This document shows positions 50,120 through 61,680 of a stretch of 64,000 bases of DNA, piece after piece (positions within the stretch are counted from its first letter, which is position 1; each line of letters starts with the position of its first letter). The notes beneath the pieces were generated by a model that was given only the letters and a program-made list of their open reading frames with translations, had not been told where the DNA came from and ran no database searches. Both the position numbers and the translations under genes were made by a program. The stretch covers positions 20,026,001 through 20,090,000 of the forward strand of contig CM106586.1 of NCBI GenBank assembly GCA_048013815.1, given 5' to 3'. Origin of the DNA: Setoptus koraiensis. Taxonomy: Eukaryota > Animalia > Arthropoda.

Positions 50120-53100
50120 ATGAAGGTGAGTTATTCGGAAAAGAAAAGAATCTTGTTCAAGTTCGAAACACCAAAACTCTCAAAGCCAGATTCTCATGTC
50201 GCCAAAATTTTCACCACTCATCCTCGCTCTGCATTTTTGATAGCATTTGGCAAGAATTCTAGATAACAATCCACAGGGTCGATCTTATATCACCTGGAAT
50301 CCCAAGGACAGCGATCAATTACTTTTGGTTCGGTGCGATCAAGAGAAAGTGCTTGTGAGCATCTGTGATAAAAATGGTCTGATCGTATACAACAAGAACC
50401 TAAAATCAGAAGGGTAAATGATATATAACTAGACAATGCCATATGAGATCGATTATCACTATCTATAGTTACTAATTGACAAATTGCCCCACAAATATCT
50501 CCATTCATCAGCGTATGCCATCAAGTGGCCTGGAATAAAGATGGCAGCATGCTGGCACTGTTATTTGGCACAAACAAGCGCCATGTATCTCTGTGGAGAT
50601 TCGACAGTTCAAATACTATTGTTGTTGCAGAACAAACGAAATGTCTAGGATTTATGACAACATTGTCCTGGTCTAAATTAAGTAACATGCTGGCAATAGG
50701 ATTGAGCAGTGGTCAGTGTTGGTTGTATAACGGGGATTGCGGTACTAGAAGTCACATGGAGGTGAATAGTCTCATGCATCCGGTACTGGAATTGTTTTGG
50801 TGCGACATGATAGATATGCTGGCCATGGCAGGCAAATCAAATGAAATATCATTGACCACCATGGAGAATATTGGTAGCTATTATCATAGTGTAGAGGTGG
50901 GCAATTTCAGATCTGTTAAATTCTCGTCTATTCCACACCAAGTTATGGCAGTTGTTAGGGACAATCAAGATAGCATGGTCAATTTGTTGCGAACAGAAAG
51001 TTACATATGGATGAGCTTTGTTGATAAGTCTCATGTTCTAATATTTAAACCAATTCAAATTGTTGATTCCGTTTACGATGAAAAAACATTGAAACTATGT
51101 AAATCAATTCGAATTGATTCAAATGACTCCGATATAATCTCTATGCCAATAGTGATCAGTCACATAGTTGATTATTATTGGTTGGACTGTCGTCATCTCA
51201 TAATAGCTCATAAGACGGGCTACATAGTTATTGCTACCATAGACAAGTTTAATAGTAGAGCGGAGCCAACACAATTGTTTTATATCAACGAAGAAAACCT
51301 GGTAGAATTAGATGTATTTGTTGGCAATAGAGAAGATTCTGCTGGTTACGAACTGAGGTCACTACAATTGTACAAGTTCCCCCTTGCGTCCAATCGACAA
51401 AAGTATCCCATTTTCACATTGGCAATCGGTCAAGCTCACTCAGTAATGATACTGGACGTGTATTCAGCGTACTCGCCGGACCAAGATCATTCACATGACA
51501 GTTATGTATTGGAGAAAGTGGACTATTTAGATTTGAAAAATATACTTCGAAAATTGTCGGCGGAAATAAAATCTCTCAATTGGTCGCCCGATGGAAGACT
51601 ATTGACGGTGCAACTGACCGATGGTTCAGTTATAATCGAGCGTGTTCGATTGGCCTCAATAATGTCACACTCATGCGGAACGCGATTGGCCTATCTGTCC
51701 GATGATAAAGAAGTGACGATCATAAAGCACCAGCAGGAGAGGAAAATGCAAATAACTAGTTCGACTGGTACTGGTGATGCGCAAACAAGACAGCAAGACG
51801 ACTACACTTTGGTCAATATAATCACTCTAGACGTCCACTTTAGTTATTTGGCGGTGGGACCTCTGCATTTGGCCGTTGTTTTCAACCATCGCATCTGGTA
51901 CTATATGACCTCTCAGTCCACCACCAGTGTTGCACTTATCAATCAACGTGATTACATCTCAATTGTATCGTCGGTACAGTTAAACTCAAATATGGCGGCC
52001 GTTCTTTTTAGTGACGGCCGATTACAATTGCACTCAGTGCAAGCCTTGAGAGGTGTGCCTATCCAGTCGAGCTCTGGTCACTTGTCACTGTCTAACAATC
52101 AAGAAGATATTAATAACGAAATATATATAGACAGAGAGCGTTTCTTTCCCGATCCGAGTAGCGCTAGACAAGAAAAGATTGTTTGCTTTGCGCTAACTGA
52201 GAACTCGCTTATCTACTCCACTGATATGGGACGATTGGTCACATTCAGCTTGAGACGATGGAAGACAATTCAAACGTATGTTCATTCTGACGCCAACAAC
52301 AATCTACGATCAACAACAAATGATCCCAGCAACAACACTTCATCGAGAATAGCGTCCATGAATATCTCTAGAAACCACTGGCACAATCAACAGCGTAATA
52401 CTAATACGGTATACTTCTCCAAAATAGTACCTAATACAAATGGGACCTTGCTCATTTTGATTGACAACACTAATCAAGCCTTTGTTTATTACCCATTGTG
52501 CGACACTATGGTTAATTTTGTCGCTAACAACTCAGATATGTTTGATAAAATTGTTGATAATAACGACAGTTCGCACTCTGCTCAAATATCTACTTTTGGC
52601 TCATTTAATCAAATGGACATTCTCTGGGAGCACAATGGATCGGAATTGAATTACGGCAAAACGTTTATTGCTGTTGATGAATCCAAAATTCATGTGTTTG
52701 TCTATTGGTTCGACACACTGATTGGTCCAATGGTCCGCTATGTGTCTAGCATAGCGAAAGCCATAAGTCACAATGTATTGATTTTCTCCAAAGGCACGGT
52801 GGGATGTCAAACAAACATTGGCAAGCTGTTCAATATGATCCTCGATTGTCATGATGACGATAAAATGTTGGCGGTGCTGGAACGTGATCTAAGCGATTTG
52901 GTGAACAACTCTAGACAGGCAATAGACAGAGGTCATGATGTCGGGGATGAGTTTAACAAATCTCAGATTGAGTTGAAAATGAGATTCATCAAGACGGTTG
53001 CGAAATTGAAACCCCAAACGAATTTGTATGATATATGCGAATACTTGACCACGGACAGATCCTTCAATCCTCAGCTGAAAGAGACACAACAGAACGAGGA

Positions 53101-54184
53101 AGACAGCAGTCTATTAGACAATCAATCATTGCAACAATCGCCAGTATCATCAAATGACGCCCTTTGGGAATATCTGGCCAGATTTTCATTGTTCATGATG
53201 GACTTACGTATGGCTATGAGAATTTATCGTAAATTGGAAAGAATTGATGTTGTCGAAAGTTTGCAGCAGATACGAAGGCCAGATTTGATGTTTGGCTGTG
53301 ACGACAAAAACGTTGTCTGTGCCCACATTGCAATGATACTCAATTTGAAAGAATTAGCACAGGAAAAACTGTTGATATGCCCGAAGAAAATGCGTGTTCA
53401 GATTGTAGAACTATCTATTTATTATAGCGAATGGGATGAGGCCTTGCATTATGCAAAGTTGTTCGACAAAAACAAGTTGCCTCTGATTTATTACAAAAAG
53501 GCTTTGGATCTCGAGGTGGAAGATGAGGAGTACAAGTTGGCCTACGAGGATTATTCCAAGTCCTACAACATACTCAAAATATTGAACTATACCTATTTTG
53601 ATTTTAGATTTTTCCATTTGTCCTACAAGAGTCTGGCCGGAATGGCACGATGCCTGGTTCAACTCAAGGAATACGATAAAGCTTACGATTTGGCGCGAGA
53701 TAAATTGGTGCCATTGTACCTGAAGGAATGCTCCAATGACGGTGACTCGCAACTGCTCAAAGATTACATTGAAGATCTAGCAAAATCATTTACAGAATCC
53801 AATCAATTGGACAAGGCTGCTCACTTGTATTCCGTAATCAAGGATTACAATTCAGCCGTCAGATACAAGCTGTTGATCAAGGATATGGATGATGTAGATG
53901 AAGATACCATCAGCCAATTGTCCGATCAAGCAATTCTGCTCGACTGCTCAAAGCATTTTCTATTCGAGACGCCCCCGATAAGATCTATCAGCATACTAGA
54001 GAGAATATTGCATTTGCAACAATTGCATGGTAAACAATTGAGCAATGTGAATATCGTCATGGAATTGGTATCTCTCGTGCTTATCAGGCTAAACGATCCC
54101 ACTTACGCAATGAAACTCGCCAGAAAATACGAAAACCAGGAGGCCGTGGAGAAGGTGTTGAATTTCCTGAAGCAGCCCAGGTAA
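50120..54184 (+). CDS. WDR19: WD repeat-containing protein 19 / IFT144 (IFT-A core); exons 50120-50125, 50244-50413, 50512-54184; C-terminus appears short
   Basis: ATG AAG|GTGAGT micro first exon, then phase-compatible exons giving MK-HLARILD...ITWNP...GVCHQVAWNKDGSMLA. WDR19-like strings WSKLSNMLAIG, LNWSPDGRLLTV, LAVGPLHLAVVFNHRIWYY, VSSVQLNSNMAAVLFSDGRLQLH; then a TPR-like helical region. Confidence 0.88.
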
Positions 54185-54485
54185 CGAAAGAGTCCGGGCA
54201 ATTTTATTCTTGTTGTCACATGCTTGTTGTGATAATCACCAATCGTGTATCGATTTATACTTGAGATAGAACGGTGTTTTATCGACACTTGCTGTCAAGG
54301 AATATCATGACTCTTACGTTTATTACGGTCAATTGTAGGCTAGGTTCTAGTATGCTAAAACCAACAACTTTTTAATGATTACATAATGTATAAATTACAC
54401 TTTTTTACAAACTCACATGATGTCTATCCAATGCGGAGATAGACTGATGACAACAATCAATCTAGTGTAGACCAGTTTTATCGTG

Positions 54486-55493
54486 TTACTTGTTTTCACA
54501 GTTTTCTAGCTCTTTATACAATCGGTCAACATGATCTTTGGGCAACATATCATTCATGGCCTTTATGGCTTCTTTGATACGTTTGTATGGTAAGTTTAAT
54601 TCTACCATGTAGTTGACAATGCCAGGGGAACCTTTCGGTGGTGTCTGATGATCGCGTTGGCACGTGCCACCTAGAAAATCGGGACAATTTTCTTTCTCAA
54701 CATAGTTGAATATCTCTGAATCAGATATGAACATCACTACATCGCGCCTCTCGGGCGGGATGAGACGCTTAGCCACAGTCCAAGCTGCTGTGAGGACCCA
54801 GGGAAAATTTATGGCAAGAACATAGTCTAGATTGACGGGGAAGTACTCTCGAAGTAAAGTAAGGAAGTGCATGAGAAGATCGAGATCGTAGTTATTCCAT
54901 CCTGTGTTGGTCAGGTCGAAGATTACGGCCCAGCTATTTCCATTGCAACTGTCATCCACAAGGTACATCAAGTAGCACAGATAGCTGAACAGAAAAGCGA
55001 GGTTACTTGATTAATAATGACTTTGTTTGAGGAATTGATGTTAGCCCGGGCGCCTCACGGAAGCAAGGAGTAAGGGGAAGATAGAAGAAAAGTTAACTCA
55101 CTCTTTGAAAGATGATTTCAAGTCCGGTATATTGCGTAACATGGCGGTTCTGATGTACAGAGTTCTGTTTTGAAATTTATCAGGCTCATACAAAAAGGCC
55201 GCACCGCACATATAATACTCTTTTGGGAATGCATCCAGAGATAACTCTCTTATTTTTCTCTCTTTTCGCCACTTAAGAACATTAACTAGCATTTCTAATG
55301 ATTCTTGTACATTTTTACGTTTCACTATTAGGCATCTTTGCACGAGAAATTCCATATTTTCAACTTGCTTCACATCTTCTTCATAAAAGAGTTCAGGTTG
55401 TTGTTTGTAGTGATCCTTCAAGAACAGGTCACGTACCTCTTGAACGTGCTGACCGTGAGGTTCGCGCAGCCTAGGCAACTTGTTGAAAGGCAT
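54486..55493 (-). CDS. CRAL-TRIO (Sec14-like) lipid-binding protein, MOSPD2 N-terminal type, without an MSP domain; exons 55493-55102 and 54984-54486 (296 aa)
   Basis: LKWRKE, FPKEYY..GAAFLYEPDK, VIFDLTNTGWNNYDLD, YFPVNLDYVLAINFPWVLTAAW, CPDFLGGTC; phase-2 GT-AG intron. Confidence 0.9.
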
Positions 55494-56718
55494 CTTGATT
55501 AGAATTTTTAAATTTGGCTTGATAAGAGTTCACCCTAATGAGGTCTTCGATATGTTTTTAACTTGGTTTATTTTGAGGTGCACATGAAATGCACAGACCT
55601 CCAAACGATGTAAAATATACTTATTGGATGTTCTCTACAGCTATTTCGTATCACGTCTGCTTCGAATGATATTGATTTGACGAATAACAAAACTTAAAGA
55701 TTGACATAGAATCTGTGGAATCGTAAGGAGGACCTTATGCATGCAAGATAATTCATTACGATTCGCTGGACTAGACGTGCGATAATCAATTGTCGGCACT
55801 AAAGTGAGACTGTATTGAAAACATCGGCGGCAAATCTATATTGATTATACAATAAAGTTTAACATTTTTCCAGCCTTCTTCTTTTCTAATGAGATACGCT
55901 TCTATCCTTGAACCACGCCATTCATTTGGTTGCGAAGATCTCAGCCTTGATAAACATAACTTCTGGTCCATTTGGTTAGTTCAGCTCAGTTGAAATATGG
56001 TGTCTCTGTCAGGTTAATGACTTAAACTTTCAAAGAATTTGCTCACTCACAGATGACCGGCAGTTTGGATAGGTCGCAACGCTCAACAAATTCAACTATT
56101 TGTGTGCATTACATTACGGACTATGTTTACGTGCCAAATAGTTATGACGCAATATAAGTCGGTCCTGTATAGTAATTGGTATCACAAGTACAAGTATTAT
56201 AGCAACTAAATAGGGAATGATCGGACTTGGTATAATGAACGGTGATCAAGAAGAAGATTGAAAGAAGTTAGCAGTTGAAAGTTGAATATAGTGAGTGAGG
56301 CTGCGAACTGGTTCATACCACTCGCTAAACTCGTCTAGCCAATCAACTCGCTTGCACAATACATACGATTCGTATGGTGCCAGTATCACTTGTTCACCCT
56401 ATCTTTCAGTCGCCGTTCTTGTAATATACACACACACATACACATTCAGTCACAATACGGAACACGGCCAGCGACAGGATAGCATTCTCTTAGTTTATTA
56501 TCCTGATATCGTTCAGGCAGAGAGACACGAGAGCCAAGTTTCAAGGATAAATAGAAGTACTTCTCGTAAAAGAAGCTAAATTGTATCTACCTTAGTTGAA
56601 AAAAGGTAAATCTACCTATTGATATCTCATTTTCATTCCTTTTACTTTGTTTCTACCGTACAAAAGTTTGGTACCGAAGGTGGATGCACCGTACAATTGG
56701 ACAAATATGAGGGTGCAG

Positions 56719-57339
56719 TTTCTTTTTCAACACCCTCAACTGTTCGTATGCACACTCTAAGCAATGACCAAATTTCACTCATTTGAGAGACTACAATTGA
56801 ATAATCTTCGCTATCATTATATCCAGCGAACAATATGAAACTCAGGCAAAACCTCCCAGTTCTTATATAATGACATGTTATGGCAATGAAGACGTTGTTA
56901 CGTAAACCTCTATTAGTGCGCTGATATGACGCTAAGCAATTCAATCATCTTTATGCTAGCCAATGCGGACAGGTCTACAATTGTAACGATCAGTCCTGGG
57001 TATTTCATTTGAGTTTGTTGCACCATCCACTATGGTTCAGTTATGAAGAAGAGGGCAAGTTATGGTTAATGCTCCGACGAGAAACCGTCCAGACACAAAC
57101 ACACAACAGCACGGCACAAATTGATATCAAAATTCGTATTTGAGTACATTAGCTGCCTGTCTAAGGTAACGGCTTCGGCTCAATATAGCTTGGGCTCCAT
57201 CTTCAAGCAAATAGATAGAAGATGTGCATTCTATCATGTTGACCCAATCAACTCTTTCTACTATAAAACAGTATACAGTTGGCCTCAGAACTCACTAATA
57301 AACGCACATCCTATTTATACTTCCTGTCAGGGTTTTTGA
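56719..57339 (+). other. Possible orphan multi-exon gene (Cys-containing), 5' end not found
   Basis: Introns 56746-56826, 56902-56959 and 57059-57152 are all phase 2 and join into one open frame, but one donor is weak and no homology was recognised. Confidence 0.2.
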
Positions 57340-57977
57340 CTCTGTTTTGTCGTCATTGAAATTGTCGACACAAGGACGCAAAGAATGACTTGCCATTATG
57401 ATGCGTCGCAGTCAACTCGGGTTGATTAAACCTTTATCATGTACGAGTGAGAAAAGTTTATGGTCTTATATTATTCTATCAAGCGATATCAAACTATAGG
57501 TCAAAAGCAGGATCACATAATTTTCATATAAGTCAAACAATTTTCCCGAAAATTGATTGCTTGATTACTTGGTTGAGAGGGTCTTCAACGCAGCAAGCCT
57601 AATCAACAATTGAATATGAAGTAACAAGGATTTTCGTGAATCACGCACAGTTGTGAATAAGTAACTTCAATGGCCTAACAAGGCATGCAAAAACGTTTTT
57701 ATTAAGTTATTCAAAAATTTTTCATTCAAGAAGTCATCTTTAAAAGGATTATATGTAATAACATATATACTAGAGAAATATGCTATTTTTTCTAGTCTGC
57801 TTATCTTCATGGTTTGTCCAATGTTAATGCTCACTATTGATGTATCCTGTCTATCCTGCTAATGATATCACCCAATGGCTGCACTATCAAGTCGATTGCG
57901 ACTTTTATTTGATTGTGATGAAAGATGAGTAAATACAATGGACAGTCAATCAAGCAACTCTTAATGGAACGATGATA

Positions 57978-59238
57978 TCATATTTTATTATTAACTATTA
58001 ACGACACCGAATGGTTGACATTGATTCTTGTTGGTGAATCTCTAGACAATAGATAGGCAACGTTGTGATTGATCAGACCGATTGCGACTAAATTATTAGA
58101 AAAAAAAAAATAAATTAAATTACATAGTAAATTATTATAAAAAAATAACATGTTCAAACAAATGTATTCTATGTAGGGGGTCAAATTTGATTTCTGGAAA
58201 AGTGCCTCTGTCTTTCCACACTTATATCATGAAGACAAAAAAAGAAACATTGGAAAAAAACTCATAGAATATATTCATGTTAGTCAATTTCGTTAATACT
58301 TACCCTCATTTTCGGCACCTCGTGGTATGATCATATCAGCATATTTTTTTGTTGGTTGACAAAATTCTTCGAAGGCAGGTTTGACAAATTGGTTATATTG
58401 ATTGAGAACTGTCTCTAGTGGACGGTGCCTCTCTCTTACATCCCGAACAACTGTCCAAAAAAAGATTTATAGTAACAATGGGGGGAGAGATAGAGAGACA
58501 GTGTGAGTAATTGCTTTCGTCACGTCGTTCGCCTTATCTGAAGAAAGAATAGTTTCCAGAATATACTCACCCCTTCTAGACAATCGAGTGTCGGAATCTG
58601 TATCTACAAATAATTTCATATGAAGAAGATCTCGAACTTGTGGAAAATAGAAGATGAGCACTCCCTCAAATAGAACTACATCAGCGGACTGAATTTCATA
58701 ATAGTCGTGTTCATTATGGCTATTCTCTGAATAGTCGTAGTTTGGCAGACGAACTTTTTTACCATCTAGAATATCTTTGAGTGTTTGTATCATAGCTTGT
58801 TCATCGATTGCGTCCGGATGATCAAAATTGAAGCAGCCCTTCTTCGCAAGTTGAGATTCTTCGTTAGTTAGTTTCCTGTAGAAGGAACTCTGTTTAATAA
58901 GTGCCACTCTCCTCTGGCAATCCTGTCCCAATTTTTCCATTATTTTGCGACAAACAGTTAACTTGCCTATAATTATATCGGTAAAAAAAGTGTGTGCTTA
59001 TAGATTAGATTTCAATAGATAGCAAACAAAATCAAATGCGAAAAGATAATAAACTGACTCACCGGCAGCAGTTCCACCGGCTTTATGTTGGAGCACAGAT
59101 GAGATATTAAGGATGAAGAAGTTGGTGTTAAACAGATAATAGATTTATAATTTTAATACTCTCACTTCGCGGACTAGCAATCGTGCTTTGTTTATTCTCA
59201 CCTACTCCGATGAGGAATGGTCTGGTTCTCCGACTCAT
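57978..59238 (-). CDS. UCK: Uridine-cytidine kinase homologue (probable pseudo-enzyme); exons 59238-59202, 59080-59063, 58966-58571, 58450-58304, 58087-57978 (235 aa)
   Basis: Spliced translation PFLIGV|AGGTAA|GKLTVC...QSSFYR...FNFDHPDA...DVVLFEG...[16 protein letters not shown]|VVRDVRER...[28 protein letters not shown]|VAI; 708 nt in frame; GT-AG introns. Confidence 0.93.
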
Positions 59239-60301
59239 TTCTCTGGTAGTTAGATGAATTTCTAAATCGTTCAACAGGGCTCGAATGGGTTTCTTCGTAG
59301 CTATGCGCGGACTAGCTTGGACTCATATTAGGCGATGGACGATATCAATATTGTGAGAAAACAGTAGCGATAATAATATTTGTTGATATTTAATTAATGT
59401 TGATAGTTTAGATTTCCATGATTATAATAATATGGGACACGATATCCTTAATGATTATGAGAAGATTGACTATTCTTGAGAATCGAATACATCGCATGAT
59501 GTCCAACCGATTGCGAGGTCTATGGGTTTACTACGACTCATCGAACGATACAATTCATCGACATACTACGGTACAGTTCGCTTCAACAACAAAACGTTAG
59601 TAAACAAGATTATACCCTCTTCAGTTAGCAAAGTTCGCGCAGGGGGTATAATCTATGAAGTTGAGGCCGCTTCAACGTGTTTGTACCCCCCTTCATCCAT
59701 GGATACTAATCTACTATTCGCAGGCTTAATGGTGCATTTTTCAAACTCTCGCGGCATGCGTGTAAGTTGGAACGTTCGTTATAACCATTTACATTTTTTT
59801 GCAACAAGATTCAATTTTACCGCTGAAAGAACAAGTGAAAACATTGGAAACGTGATCTTCTTACCATTCGTACGGATTTGACTGTCTTATCATATGATTT
59901 ATTCGGCCCTGACAAATGAACAATCTTCCCACCATCAATAGCGGAATCCTATCTGACTTGAATGAAAAATGATTTGTTACGAGAGATAAGAGATATTATT
60001 TGGCAAAGTTGGAATCGACACAATTGAAGCTACTAATATCAAATCATTATTTATACTATAATCATCACCACAATTGAAACAATCAACTCTCATTGAACAC
60101 CATTATACTATCACTTCTATTTATATCACAATCCAATTATTACACTCACCTTTAATATTATTATCAGTATTGACATCTTATACTTATAATTATTATCACA
60201 ACAATTCGTTGGGCATCGTCCACATAAAGCTAATTGTTAGAGCTCGATCTCCCTATTCGCCCGATCATCCCCTATTTTCTCCCTCTCCTAAATCTACCGC
60301 T

Positions 60302-61645
60302 ATGTCTACTCCCATCTCCTCCTCCACTTCTACCACGACTGCAGTCTCTTTGTCTACATCGGCTTCTATAACTACACCTGCTCCGAGTACCCTTCCTTCT
60401 TCTACTTCTGCAACAACAACCACAACAACAACAACAACTACGACAACAACAGCAACAACAACCACAACAACTGCAACAGTTGCTGCGATAGCTTCACCAT
60501 CAAAAACTGCGATCGCACCAACAACAGTCGCTCCAGCTTCAACAACAACCGTGTCAGCAACATCAACAACTGCTTCTCCAACAATAGCAACCTCTTCGGC
60601 ACCAACAACAACCACTTCCCTTGCAACAACAACTGCTTCATCAGCAGCAACAACCCCTTCAGCACTAACAACAACAATCAAAACAACAACGACAGCTACA
60701 ACAGCTACCACACCAACGACAACAACCTCCACAATAGCGGCAACCCCAACACCGACACCTGCATCATCAACAGCAACAACAACAGCGACACTAACACCGA
60801 CACCCACATCATCGACAACAGTAACAACAACACCAGCACTGATACTTACATCATCAACAACAACAGCACCATCAACTCAATTATTGGTGACTTCCAAATC
60901 GACCACCAGAGCCAGCGCTCTTACTTCATCGATTGTACACACAGAAGCGCAACCCGCTATCGGCTCACCCCATTTGGTGGCCACTCCAAAGACAACTACC
61001 GCCGCCACCGTTGTCTCGGTGGCGGCCACATCAGCTGTAACTTCAACTCCTTCAATTTCCGTTATTACCACGGGAAATCATCAAATTCTTACTAATCTAA
61101 AACCTCACCAGCAGGTACCCCATCCGCAGTCTCTGCAAGCTCAGACGCCTATCGGATTGGCGACGGCGAGTCAGGTCTCACTCCACCAATTGCATCAATC
61201 GACATCAAGCCCAGTTGTTGCAGCCTCATCAGCAGCGCCTTCTACCCCCATCACTCTATCTAATTCTTCAACTGTAACAACAGATTCTTCTAGTAAATCA
61301 AACAGTATCAAAACTTCAACTACTGTAGCCACCGCACCTATGCCGAAAACTTTCTCAGCTGTTATCCAATCGCATCAACAGCATAAGCAAAGCCCACAAA
61401 CTGTACTTATAAGTTTAACAACTAAACCAAATGCTACTACATTACAACAAATACAACATTTACAGACATCTCTGAATCACCCAGCGCAGCATTCATCGAC
61501 ACCACCGTTGAATTCCGCCATGCCCCAAACATATTCAGTTTATGCGCAACAACAAAATCAACCTCAAAACACTACTCAAGTTGTTCAATTGGTGACCAGT
61601 CAGCAACAACAGATACAATCTCAACAATCCCAACAACAACAGCAA

Positions 61646-61680
<35 letters not shown>

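Noticed and set aside
57150-57172. miR-22/980-like TAGCTGCCTG..AAGG
   Set aside because: No upstream arm that pairs; it overlaps a likely splice acceptor.
60265-60807. 180-aa Val-rich antisense ORF
   Set aside because: Shadow of the Thr-rich (ACA/ACC) SAP30 sense strand.
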